Positions 50,400-63,478 of a DNA stretch of 64,000 nucleotides are shown here, in pieces. The translations under genes and the position numbers were made by a program. How positions within the stretch are numbered: the first letter of the stretch is position 1; the number at the start of each line of letters is the position of its first letter. The DNA is taken from the NCBI RefSeq assembly GCF_006345805.1, contig NC_043020.1, positions 2,604,001 to 2,668,000 of the forward strand, given 5' to 3'. Source of the stretch: Octopus sinensis (taxonomy: Eukaryota). The notes under the pieces were generated by a model that saw only the letters and a list, made by a program, of their open reading frames with translations, was not told the DNA's origin and ran no database searches.

Positions 50400-50930
50400 C
50401 CATTGACTGCAGTCCAACCCCTCCACTTCCCACATCTTCCCTGACCCACCCCTTCCCCTTTCAAACACACCCGTAATCTGCATGACCTTCTGGTCTGTAG
50501 TTTCTTTCCTACTCCTAGCACCCAACCTAGTTCCTTTCCCTGTTCTCACTCACGCTGTCACACCTGCTCCTGCCTCTCCAACATCACTATTCTCACCAAC
50601 ACCTATCACCACCTCCTGTACATGCACCTCCAATAATGTCATCTACTGCATCTCTTGCTTTCTCTGTCCTTCCCTGTACATTGGTCAAACGGGATACTTG
50701 CTTGGCCAACCAGTTCACTGAGCACCTCTAAGACATCAGACTCAGCAATGACACCCTGGTCCCACACCACTTCTGCTCAACTGGTCATTCACTACAACAT
50801 CTGTCTGTGTTCCCTGTCTTTGCACCGAGGACCCCTGGCCTCCTACCTCCACCATGAACAGGGATTGATATTCTCCCTTCATTCCTTTGCTCCTCTTGGC
50901 TTTATTTCGCCACCTCTCATCGTCTGAAAC
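50400..50930 (+). mobile_element. Penelope-like element fragment (GIY-YIG endonuclease region)
   Basis: CTCTSNNVIYCISCFLCPSLYIGQTG followed by a frameshifted EHL...HEQGLIF..L.P.G segment, typical of the PLE GIY-YIG domain. Confidence 0.8.
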
Positions 50931-51439
50931 CAACCCCACACATATTCCCACACACTTCCCACCTTCAACTGCCCCTTGCTCTCACCCCACACCTTTACAC
51001 CACCTAACTCAGTACCCTCACCATACACACCATGATACAAACACCCATACACACTGTTCAACTCAGTACTCACACCACACACAATTACACACACACTCAC
51101 ATGAACATGCACACACACACACACATACACACACACACAAATGCATGAAACACATCACTCCACTGAGTATATGCACTACGTTACTTATACACACACACAT
51201 TCCCATACGCACACAAAGGCCCATGTAATTTTAAGCTCACCCACAAATACATTCACATGCTCTCACCCCCATTCACACACACACACTCACACCCACCATT
51301 GTTACATGTACACTGTTATTATCTCCCTTTCATTCAGCCTCTTTCTTCAAGTCATTTCATCATGTTGAACCATTAATCCCAACACATTTTTTTCTCTCAC
51401 GGTTTTTTTCATTCTCTCTCCATTTTTTACCTTTCAACC

Positions 51440-51475
51440 CTTTCTGTAAAAGGGCGTAGGCTCAAAACATCAAAG
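51440..51475 (+). ncRNA. Decayed second copy of the hammerhead-like motif downstream of the PLE fragment
   Basis: CTTT-CTGTAAA-A-GGGC/GTAG/GCTC-AAAAC-AT-C-AAAG. Flanks are homologous to the 47120-47240 copy, and it is co-oriented with the GIY-YIG fragment. Confidence 0.45.
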
Positions 51476-51599
51476 ACTTTTCCATTCTTCCCAAGCATCA
51501 AACTAGTACACTTTCTTGTTGTTCCCCCACTTATCTTCATCTTTTGTTTTCTGTAAATTTGAACTACATATATATATAACAAACATTAAGAATGAAATG

Positions 51600-52110
51600 T
51601 CCGATTTTGAATTGAAAGTTTATTGTACTTTATCTGAAAACAAGCAATGCAGTTAATCAAAGTATGCATCTAAATTATCAATGCAATTTTGCCATTTCAT
51701 TGGTAGCTTATTTATGCTGGCAGCGAAGAATTCTGGGGAGCAAGAAGTGATGAAATCAGGAAAGGCTGTTTTTGCATCTTCTTCAGATTTTAAGTTTTTT
51801 CTTTGCATAAAGTTATCTAATGCCTGGAAAACAGGATAGTCAGTTGGTGCAAGGTCTGGTGAATAAGGTAAATGATAGAGTACTTCCAAGTTCAGTTCCT
51901 GTAACTTGAGCAGCATTCTTTGTGCAACATGTGGTCAAGCATTGTCTTGCAAGAGAATTGGCCTGTCTCTTATTGACCAATCTCAGTTGTTTAATTGCAA
52001 GTTCATTCATCATCATTTCATCCAGTTGGTTGATGTATACATCCGCTGTGATTGACTTATTCAGTCATTCACCCAGCACCCCTAATTGCCAGCTGTGCCT
52101 CTGCAATAAA
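51600..52110 (-). mobile_element. Decayed mariner DD34D transposase (Hsmar1/cecropia-like) 3' half
   Basis: LQDNA*PHV...YSPDLAPTDY with 34-residue spacing, and KLPMKWQNCIDNLDAYFD. Confidence 0.88.
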
Positions 52111-53122
52111 CTGCATATCATTTACCAGCCCACCGTATCCATCAGCAAGAAATATGAGGCATCGTATTGCTGTCACCTGAGGTACACCCTTCTGATCAAT
52201 TTCAAGCCACTGGCCACCGACAACCCAGGGATGCCTCCTTAGTTCCAGCCACCCTCCTTAGCACCTCCCGCCCCAGGGTCACCGTTACAAATTAACCCCC
52301 ATGAACAGCACTTCAAATCATCAATCCCCAAAACACTCCACCATGCCTGTCTACCCTCGTACTCTTGCCCCTTGTACATCACCCCTTCTGTATATGTGAG
52401 TGCACGCATGTGCATGAGTGTGCATATGCACCTAGTCACCATACACATGTGCACAGATGTAGGTGCACAGGTATACATATACATGCATGCCTTTATACAT
52501 GTGCACCTGTGTGTGTGCACATGTGTACACATGCACACTTATGTATGTGCATGTGCTCGTGTGCATATGTACATGGAGATAAAGGTATGAATATGTGGGT
52601 GTCCATGTGTGTGTGTGTGCATATGTATGCACACGTGTGTGTTTGTGTATGTGTGCCCTCATGTGTGTGTATGTGTGTGTTTGTGTGTGTGTGTGTGCAT
52701 GCATGGATGTGTGAATGCACATCTACGCACACATACACACTCATATAAGTACGGATGCATACACACAGATATATACATACAGCAAAAGAGACACTCTTGT
52801 CACCCTCATGAACCACCACCACCACCACCACCACCACCACCACCACCATCATCACAACAACACTACTATCACCACCACCACCGCTGCCACTGTTGTCTCC
52901 ACCATCATCAGCACCATTGTCATCACTCCCACCACAAACCCCAACCCACAATTAACCACAGAGATGACATGAATAGCTTACATTCTTTCTGTTTCCCTTC
53001 CCTCTTCTTCCTTTCTTTCCTTCCTTCTTCTGAGGATTAAGCAACAGAAACCAACCACAATAAAGAGGCATAAAGCAAAACAAAAACAAAAATATAGAAA
53101 TACATACATTATATATATATAT

Positions 53123-53175
<53 letters not shown>

Positions 53176-53287
53176 CATATATATATATATGTATGTATAT
53201 ATATAATATAGTATATATATACATAATATATAATATACATACATATATATTATACATACATATATATATACACATACATATATATAT

Positions 53288-53322
<35 letters not shown>

Positions 53323-53363
53323 GTGGTGTGTGTGTGTGTGTGTGGTGTGTGTATGTTTGTATG

Positions 53364-53405
<42 letters not shown>

Positions 53406-53487
53406 ATATATATATACTAGCTGAGTAGTGTGTTGTTGCCAAGTCATTTTCACAATAGAATGCCTTAGCAAACTTTATATATAGACA

Positions 53488-54110
53488 GGGTGGGGAAGCA
53501 AAACTTGGAAAATAGATAATTCATCAAATTGTTTATGTTACAATAACCAGTAACTTGACATAAATATAATTTTAAGACAAGTTTATAGGGATATAAAAAG
53601 ACAATTTATTCAATATGCCTGCGTTCATTGTCCACCACACCCTTCGTCTGAAGGCATCACAACTCTTCATGATGAAGTACTCAGACATGTTGTCCCATTC
53701 TTCCCTCGGAATTTGCTTAAAATGATCAAACTTGGATGTGCAGTTCTGTTGGTAGAGTGCTCCAATTTACCCCTTACAGCATAGTCCAGGGAGTTCGAGT
53801 CTGGGCTGGAAGAAAGCTAGAAGTTGACAGGACAAAATTCGGTGAAGTTGTCTTCACAGAATTCCTGCACTTCCTTTGCCGTGTGAGCAGGAGAACCATC
53901 TTCGGTCCACACATAATTACCATTGGGGTAGTTAGACTTCAGCCAAGGCAAAACCTTATACCACAGGACTTTGTAATAAACGTCAGCCCCAACCTTTTCC
54001 CCAGACTTGAAAAAATGGAGGGGCATCTTTTTTCTGTCAAATGCCACAACTCCTAGTATAACGACTTTAGCTGGGGGCTTGGCCCTAAAGATGCCCTTAC
54101 TTCAGAAGGT
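53488..54110 (-). mobile_element. Decayed Tc1/mariner DD37D fragment
   Basis: YVWTEDGSPAHTAKEVQEFCEDNF...SPDSNSLDY with 37 residues between the catalytic Asp. cagggtgggg TIR-like end at about 53488. Confidence 0.8.
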
Positions 54111-55874
54111 GACTTAGCAGTGTATCAATCATTGCGACGTTTTAAAAAAGCATCAACAGTAAAGATATTTTCATCTGAAAAGATTTTGATGGTTGGTGTA
54201 GGAGTGGCTGTGTGGTAAGTAGCTTGCTTACGAACCACATGGTTCCAGGTTCAGACACATGCATACATGCATACATAAATACATGTGTGTGTGTATATTT
54301 CACACACACATATCAGCAGAAAATATAAACACAAGCAAGAAAACCACTGCATCAGCACTTTTAAAGTAAAATGAGTTGTGTTATAATTGTCCTGTTGAGT
54401 TGCACAGTTGCTCTCTTGCTTTCGCCATCACAAATGCTGTGAAGCAGCAAGGGGCTCATTTGGAAAACCTGTAAGCAGCAAAGCTATTTATATAAAGCAA
54501 TGTAAAACAAATATATGTCGAAGAGGTTAACAAGCTAGCTTACTTCCCCTTCCCTGCCCCTCTTCTGTCTCATTGTGTCAATATAATTGTTCTTTTAGCT
54601 GTTGTTTTTAACTGGTTTCTCTCTTTCTGCATTCTTTATAAAGGAAAGAATGATTGCTGCAGAGGGGATTGGCACTAGAAGTCCTGAAATAGTTTAGGTA
54701 TAAAAGGAAGGGAAATAAAGATAGAAAAATGCAAAGAAACAATGGGAGGGAGTGGATATAATTAAAGGGAGGAAGGTTTACACAAATGAACAAATACAGA
54801 CAGCCAAATAAATAGATACATTCATGCATAATGATGGGAGCCTCGTTATAGGTTGCCCTCTTGGAAACATCACGGCAATTTTCCTCAAACGACCCAAGGG
54901 TTGTTTTAATATTCCCAGATGCAAGTGTGGTTATGGGATTAAGAAATGGGCCTGGAAACCATATGGTTCTGAGTTCAGTCCCACCATGTAGCACTCTGGG
55001 TAACAGTGTTCTACTATAACCCCCAGACTGACCAGAGCCTTGTGAGTGAATTTGGTTGACAGAAAGTGCATAGAAACTGTTGTGTGTGTGTGTGTGTGGT
55101 GGGGTTGACGATCAGTGTTGGTTTGTTTATGTCCCCATAACTTAGCAGTTCAGGAAAAGGAACTAACAGAATGAGTACTAGACTTTCAAAATATGTACTG
55201 ATGGAGGAGGGGCATGACCACATTCCAACGACTGAAACAAGTAAAAAAAGAAAAGATAAAAAGACATAAAACAAAAGAAGCCCCATTGTTGACCACCTTG
55301 CTAGAAATAGAAGCCAAATTCTCTTCAAATCACCCTCATCAAGACTTGTTCTAATATTCCCATAAAACATGCTAGACATGAAGGAAATCACAATAGGAGA
55401 CCAAGTGTGCTGATGAAGATCTCTCTGACCCCTGTTGGTTTTAATCTGGGGTTCCACAAGCAGGACTGGATTTATTGGTGGGTGAAGGGAGCAATTGCCT
55501 CAGCCCCACCCTTGATATTGCCCCCCCCCCACCACCTGTGGTGAAAGTTAATGGAGTGCTCAATGAAGGGAGGCCCCACCTCCCAGCAATCTAGCATGAA
55601 GAGGCACAGAAAGCCAGTCAAGGCGGCGCTGGCTTCGACCACGTTCGGATGGTGCTTTTTACGTGCCACTGGCACGGGTATCATAACTTCAATTTCCAGG
55701 AATGAAAGGGGGCCATAGGTAAAAAATGGCTTGAGAACCACTGCTTACCAACCACATGGTTCCAGGTTCAGTCCCACTGCGTGGTACCTTGGGCAAGAGT
55801 CTTCTACAATAGCCTCGGGCCGACCAAAGCCATTTGAGTGGATTTGGTAGATGGAAACTGAAAGAAGCCCGTCG

Positions 55875-55925
<51 letters not shown>

Positions 55926-57315
55926 TTGTGAGTTCGTGTTTGTCCCCCCAACATCGCTTGACAACCAATGCTGGTGTTTAAGTCCCCATAACTTAGCGGT
56001 TCGACAAAAGAGACTGATAGAATAAGTACTAGGCTTACAAAGAATAAGTCCTGGGGTCGATTTGCTCAACTAAAGAGGTGCTCCAGCATGGCTGCAGTCA
56101 AATGACTGAAACAAGTAAATAGTATATACAGAGAGAGGGAGAGGGAGAGAGAGAGTAAGAAAGGAAGAGAGTGAAAATAAAGAGAGAGAGAGAGAACAAG
56201 AAAGAGAAGAATTGAGAGAAAGAGGAGAGAAATAGGCCGATTGGTATCAATGGGGAGACACACGGACAGAGATGAGCTGACAAATTGACAGACAGGACAC
56301 CAGAGAAAGAATGGGGGACCACGTTTCTGTTTTTTTTTTTTAAACAAATTCCCCCCTGCCATCCGACCCACCCCCTTACAACCCCTTCCCCGCCCCTCAG
56401 ATAATTACCATATTTCTAAAATGTCATGAGTTTGGCAGGAATAAATATGTTCCACCATTTTGGTTGAGGTTGGTCGGTGCAAACAGATAACTAGAGAGTG
56501 TTTCTAATTGCTGTATTTGACATCCAAGCACTTGTAAGATTGGCAGGGCAATTAATGGCGCCAACTGACTCTTTGAGCCGAGGGACTTTGATGTCATTGT
56601 TTGGAATGTAAGGTGTACACCTTTCCCAATTCCAAAGAAACAGGCATTTTTAGCTTTGCTGTGAATACTCTTTTTCTCTCTTTTACTCTTTTACTCTTTT
56701 ACTTGTTTCAGTCATTTGACTGCGGCCATGCTGGAGCACCGCCTTTAGTCGAGCAAATCGACCCCCCAGGACTTATTCTTTGTAAGCCTAGTACTTATTC
56801 TATTGGTCTCTTTTGCCAAACCGCTAAGTGACGGGGACGTAAACAAACCAGTATTGGTTGTCAAGCGATGTTGGGGGGACAAACACAGATACACAAACAC
56901 ATACACATATATATATATATATATATATACGACGGCCTTCTTTCGGTTTCCGTCTACCAAATCCACTCACAAGGCTTTGGTCGGCCAGAGGCTATAGTAG
57001 AAGACACTTGCCCAAGGTGCCACGCAGTGGGACTGAACCCGGAACCATGTGGTAAACAAAGTGGTTACATTATAGGCCAATGGTTCTCAACCAAAGTCCA
57101 TATAAGATTTTGGCAGGGATCCACCAGAACAGAATAGTAATCAAAGGGGTCCATAGATAATGAATGGTTGAAAAGCACTACTTTAGCCCCTCAATACCTG
57201 GCACAAAGTCACCATCCCCACTCAGGTACCCCTTCCACTTGGTCCTTTTTATTTCCTATCTTTTAATTTTGTTGTTATCACTGATGGTTTTTTTGTTGCT
57301 TATATTATAATGTAA

Positions 57316-57710
57316 CTAGCAGTATCACCCGGCGTTGCTCGGGTTTGTAAGGGAAATAACTATATAAGCATTTTTAGAGATGTAAAGTATAATAGCCATC
57401 TCAATATGGCTAACCACAAAGGGGGGTGTTACTGTAGCTTTTTACGTTCTGAGATTTAATAATACATTTTTAGAGAGTTACTTCCCTTATATAATAGCAA
57501 AAAAATGCATTAAAAATGGGAAAAAATTATGGTAAATTTTGTTTAAAATCGTAGACTCATCGTAGACGCGCGCTAATACCCAGAAGGGCTCGATATGAAT
57601 CACGACTATAAGATACCCGCTTTTGGTTACACTGCACCGCAAAATGTGGGAGTAGTTAGGAATGTAAATCGTAGGGGACAGACACACAACTTCACTTTTA
57701 TATATAAAGA
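57316..57710 (-). mobile_element. Complete non-autonomous Helitron (395 bp)
   Basis: Minus strand reads A|TC...CCCGAGCAACGCCGGG hairpin (57343-57328), 8 nt, CTAG|T: 5' TC, 3' CTAG, subterminal hairpin, A|T insertion site and no TSD. Confidence 0.85.
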
Positions 57711-57780
57711 TATCTCTTGGTACCTCATTGTATTTCAACGTTGCTCTGGTCTAATTTGAACTTTTCGTTTCTACTTTCAG

Positions 57781-57894
57781 AATTACGCTGTAGAAGTGTT
57801 TGCCCAAGAGCATTCTGAAATATCATACGATACGATAGCCGACCTTGTGAAGAAAGCTGGTGGAGCAAACTACGGAACCGGAAGGAGAGATTAA
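57781..57894 (+). CDS. COTL1: Coactosin-like protein, terminal coding exon 4
   Basis: ctaat branch-like motif at 57751, actttcag|AAT. NYAVEVFAQEHSEISYDTIADLVKKAGGANYGTGRRD*, with the coactosin C-terminal KKAGGANY. Total CDS 77+83+158+114=432 nt, 143 aa. Confidence 0.94.
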   Translation, partial: NYAVEVFAQEHSEISYDTIADLVKKAGGANYGTGRRD

Positions 57895-57967
57895 GAATTA
57901 CTATATTATAATTATCATTCATATACAATTGTTGTTATTGTTTTATTTTTTTCAATTGAATAACAAC

Positions 57968-57973
57968 AATAAA
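57968..57973 (+). terminator. Candidate COTL1 polyadenylation signal AATAAA
   Basis: First AATAAA after the stop, 74 nt downstream, followed by T-rich sequence. No transcript evidence. Confidence 0.4.
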
Positions 57974-57986
57974 AATAATAATAATA

Positions 57987-58372
57987 ATTTCTTTTATTGG
58001 CCACAAGGGCGATGGATAAAGAACACATTCTAAGGACAAGTAATAAAAAATGGTGTAAAGGTTTTTGCGGAATTAATTATGAAAACAAGAAACGTGTGGA
58101 AAACGAGAGTAAATGAAATGAATGAAACAAGATGTCCCAATAAGGGTGGAACAACCACCCAGAGGCCAATCGAAGGACCCCCACCACAGATCCAGGATTG
58201 CCTTGACTACTGAAGACAAGTGCCCGGTCCCTAACTGTGTTCTCTGGCGGCCTGAGTTGACCCCCTATTTGCAGGACGCGGTTCTCACCACTCTCACCCA
58301 CCTTTCAGCAAATTCATCCAGAGGGGCAGCACCTCCCTCCTCCTCTCCACTCTCACCTTCCTTTTTCTAAAT
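57987..58372 (-). mobile_element. Probable L1/Tx1-type LINE 3' end, antisense just beyond the COTL1 stop
   Basis: Decayed KRKVRVERRR...EFAERWVRV C-terminal motif, T-rich 3'UTR, AATAAA and (ATT)n tail. Clade assignment from recall only. Confidence 0.5.
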
Positions 58373-58707
58373 GGAACTACAGTAATAATAATAATATAAT
58401 AATAATAATAATAATAAAGATGATGGTAATAATAATAATAATAATTAAAATAAACAATAATTAATTTCTGTTCCTCTTTTTTTCGTTTTATTTCTTTTAT
58501 TCTTTACCGATTCCAATGCTTTAGACTGCGGCCATGCTGGGGCACTGCCTTGAAGAGTTTTACATGTTTATTGTTTGTCGTTGTTGCTGTTGTTGCTTTT
58601 ATTTTTTTTACAGGAAAGGGGGGGGGGACATTCTGAATTTTTTTCTTTTATTTTAATTTGCTTTTCCTAGTACGTCATCATCATCATCATCATCATCATC
58701 ATCACTG

Positions 58708-58738
<31 letters not shown>

Positions 58739-58749
58739 CATCATCACTG

Positions 58750-58782
<33 letters not shown>

Positions 58783-58980
58783 CATCATCATCATCAACAT
58801 CTCCACCCACTACCACCGCCACCACCATCATCATCATCATCACTCTCATCATCATCTTTCAGGGTTTGCTTTGTTTTATTTTATTTTTTTTTTGCAGTTT
58901 TTCTTTTTTCTTTTGTCCTTTTTCTTCCCTTATTCTTGCATGGGTCAAGCAGGCCCTTTCCCAGCTCAGCATATTCTCAC

Positions 58981-59069
58981 CATTTGTTGCAGCAGCCCTT
59001 CATTATCTCCTCTGCAAGGTTTATCCTCCGGAATTCCTCCTTCGCCGTTTCTTCCAAAGTCTTCCTCTG
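58981..59069 (-). CDS. Candidate orphan exon of an unidentified minus-strand gene
   Basis: Strong acceptor (tttctttctctccacag, NAGNAG) and ATG|gtgaga donor. 89 nt open in two frames, e.g. QRKTLEETAKEEFRRINLAEEIMKGCCNK(W). Non-repetitive sequence within microsatellite-rich DNA. No partner exon or homologue recognised. Confidence 0.4.
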
Positions 59070-59483
59070 CTGTGGAGAGAAAGAAACTCCAAACAGAAGA
59101 GATAAAAAGAAGAAAAACAAGAAAGGAACGAGAATTTCATTTTTAAATTGATTTTATTGAATAAAACACTGAAAATATTTTATAAATACTCTTTTTTGTT
59201 TTTATTTCTGTGTTTTTTGTTCTTTATATTTTTGTTGTTTAGTTTTTACTTGTTTCAGTCATTAGACTGCGGCCATGCTGGAGCACCAAACTGAAGAATT
59301 TTTTTACTTGAATGTATCATTACCCCAGGACTTATTTTTTTGATAAGTGTGATATTTATCCTATTGGTCTCTTTTTGCCAACTGCTAAGTTACGGGGATG
59401 AAAACACACCAACACATGTTGTCAAACATGGGCACAAACAGCCTCAAAGATAAACACATATATATATAATATATATATATATG

Positions 59484-59556
<73 letters not shown>

Positions 59557-59562
59557 TATATA

Positions 59563-59593
<31 letters not shown>

Positions 59594-59599
59594 ATACAC

Positions 59600-59660
<61 letters not shown>

Positions 59661-60253
59661 ATGGCCACAGCTCATTAGCTGAAACTGGAAAATCAAAAAT
59701 CAAAATCAAAATATGTATATATATATAAATTATACAATTTTAAGTTGAGATTATTAACTTAACAATGCTCAGAAACGGGCTGGAATTACAGTGCTGTAAT
59801 TGAGCTAAGTCCCAATTTATGATTTCAATGGAGGCAATACCAGCGGAAAACTAAAGGAACATAACCTACCATCCAATAGAATATTCAATATATATGTATG
59901 TACTTTCATTGGACATTAATCAATCAATATAAAGTTCCAGATAATACAGCACTAAAACACACAAGTATATGAACTTATAAATACTTAATATTTAAAAATA
60001 TGCAAATATTTAAAAATATTTTTTTAAATATAAAAAAAATATATTGGTATTATAAATATATAAATACATAAATAGATATACAAATAGATATAAAAAAATA
60101 TGTATAAAACGTTGATATGATATAAGATAAAACTTGTAGGTATTTAAAAATATTCAAAAATACTCATATATATAAATACACAAGCAAAATATAAAACATC
60201 AACATAATATAAGACTTATTGAATTAATAATTCACACATAATTATTAATTCAC

Positions 60254-60301
<48 letters not shown>

Positions 60302-63300
60302 CACAACTGTTGAGGCAAGTGAAAATCAAAATCAAATCAAAATAGATGAACATCAATGGAATTTGTATCTTTGTGGTAAGAAAACCATCCGAACGTGGCC
60401 GTAGCCAGTACCGCATCGACTGGCCTCCGTGCTGTGGGCACGTAACAAACACCATCTGATCGTGGCCGTTCGCCAGCCTCATCTGGCACCTGTGTTGGTG
60501 GCACATAAAAACACCATCCGAGCGTGGCCGTCTGCCAGCCTCGTCTGGCACCTGTGTCAGTGGCACATAAAAAAAAACACCATCCGAGCATGGCTAACAA
60601 TGCTTTGATCAGCCTGAGGCTATAGTAGAAGACACTTGCCCGAAGTACCACACAGTGGGACTGAACCCAGAACCATGTGGTTGGGAAGCAAGCTTCTTAC
60701 CACACAACCATGCCTGTGCCTATCTTTTATCTTTTACTTGTTTCAGTCATTGGACTGTGGCCATGCTGGGGCATTGCCTTGAAGAATTTGATTGAACAAA
60801 TTGACCCCACGACTTATTTTTTGTAAGTTTGGTATTTATTCTAGCAATCTCTTTTATTGAACTGCTAAGGTACAGAGACATAAACAAACTAACACCAGTT
60901 GTCAAGCTGAGGTGGGAGGATAAACACAAAGATACACACACACACACACACACACACATGTAGCCAGTTAAGAATCCATAAATCAGGAAAACAATTCAAT
61001 TGTATATTTGTCAGTAGAGTGGGTATTTTAATCAAAGTGTACAAAATTATATATCCATTATGGCTGGTCTTATCAGTTTCACACTAAGGGTTCACCAGAG
61101 CGTCAAGTAACAGTCCAATTATATAACCCTGCACTCTTCAGAGCTCACAGCTATGGAATGAAATATGATGACTGTGGATGAACAGACACATTCGGTTTGT
61201 GTTTGCTGTGAGAAAGATGATGAAATAAACCAAGCAAGGGTTAAGCTGAAAGCTATGTCCCTTGGTGCTAAAACACCATCATTGTTGTCGTCGTCGTCAT
61301 TGTCATCCTCATCGTCATCGTCATCATCGTTTTAGTGTCTTCTTTTTGATACTAGCATGGGTCAGATGGAATTCATTGAGGCAGATTTTCTACAAGCACA
61401 CACACACACAAATAAATATACAGATAGACATATACACACAAACACACACATGGCAGGCTTCTTTCAGTTTCCATCAACCAAATCCTCTTGCAAAGTAATT
61501 CATACATACATACATATCATCATCATCATCATCATCAACATTTAACATCCATTTTCCATGCTGGTATGTGTTGGATGGTTTCACTGAAAACTGGTAAGCT
61601 GAGGGGCTGCACTAGGTTTCAGTCTGATTTGGCATGGTTTCTACAGCTGGATGCCCTCCCTAAAGCCAACTACTCGAAGAGTGTAGTGGGTGCTTTTTAC
61701 TTACCACTGGTATGGGTACCAGCCACAAAACACCAGCATCAGCCACCACTACAATCCCACTTGGCTTAAAGGAAAATGAGGTGACAAAGAAATAAAGAAT
61801 TACCTTATAAACTTCATTACCTTACAGCTGTTTCTGTCATAGGATGCAGTGGACTCATAGTTAAGGGCATGAGTAAAACCTTATAACTTCATCAGAGCCT
61901 CAAAAAAGAGCATGGTTGATGCCAGTGCTGCCTGAATGGCTCCCATGCCGGCGGCACGTAAAAAGCACGCACAACACTCTTGGAGTGGTTGGTGACTGAG
62001 GAAGATGAGATAACTACTCTGAAATGCTTGCATCTCACAGTCTAGATAGGTGGCACTGCAAACTGATATTGGTGTATTAACACCATTTTGTCTACAGCAA
62101 GAAATTTTCTCCATGACAAAATACAGTGATTGGCTTGTTTATGAGTCCAAATGTGCCACACACATATTTGAACTGGAAATAGCATTACATTTTCACACCT
62201 CACTGCTTAGAGTTCCCACTCCATAGATTTTGTTGTGTCTGGGGAGAGCCATGGCATTATAATTAATACACCACTAGTTCAATTATACTCCATTATTATT
62301 TGTCAATTAGTTAAATATCCAACTAATCAATTGTTTGTTCTTTTTTTTTCTTTTACTCTTTTACTTGTTTCAGTCATTTGAATGAGGCCATGCTGGAGCA
62401 CTGCCTTTAGTCGAGCAAATCAACGCCAGGACTTATTCTTTGCAAGCCTGGTATTTATTCTATCGGCCTCTTTTGCCGAACTGCTAAGTTACGGGGACAT
62501 AAACACACCAGCATCGGTTGTCAAGCGATGTTGGGTGGACAAACACAGACACACAAACATATAGACACACATACAGAGAAGTATTCAGCAATGTGACAAC
62601 TTGCAAATATTAAATGATAAGACCTTTTGTTAAAAATATTTTGAACCCATAAATAAATAAAAAATACTACTTCCTTGCTGTGGGGGTTATCTTCAAGTTA
62701 CACACCGTAAGTTCATCCCAGCTCCTTATCTCGTTCAAACCATTTGTTTGCCGATTGAAATCTCTCCCTTGTTATGTCAGTACTTGACTTTGGAATCCGA
62801 TAAAAATCAGCCACTTTGAACTCCTACTGAGAACCAGACAATCCTTGTGTGGCTGTTCCTGGCAAATAAAGCATTTCTGATAAATAAGGATTTCTGACTG
62901 TTTTGCTTGTGTGTAAATATGTATGCATGTGTCTGTGTGCATATATGTATGTGTGTGTGTGTGTGTGTGCATGTATATATGACGGAGTCTCCTGTCGTTA
63001 GACAATCGTATGAAGGTTTGACAATTCCTTGCCGAGCAACCACATGTAGATATAAAGGACAGCTGTGAACACTCAATAATCAGTTCTGGACAAAATCATG
63101 AGTTGTCCTTTGGCTAGGCATGGCACCACCCATCAGCAACCCTTCCAGGATCACAATGAAATCCTGAAGCCCTGAAAAGAGTAGAAATGCCACTAACACT
63201 GGAAAGCATTAGTCAAACTGGTGACCTCATCTGATTGTTGCTTTCCCTATGTTTCGGCTGGGTACACTCCAGCCTGATAGAGGAGTGTGAGTGCCTGATG

Positions 63301-63478
63301 ACACTCTCAGTGCTGGGCACCTTGCCTCAGTCTACACTTGATCCAGAACTGCAGCTCAGTCAAACAGACAAGCTGCAGAAATAAGAATAACAATCCTTTC
63401 TACTATGGGTACAAATCCTGAATTTTTGCAGGAGGAAGATAGTCAACTGCATCGACCCCGGCACTAAATATATTTTGT

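Noticed and set aside
61094-61205. Minus-strand exon after a strong acceptor (ctttctcacag)
   Set aside because: Stops in all frames or no convincing donor, and no recognisable peptide.
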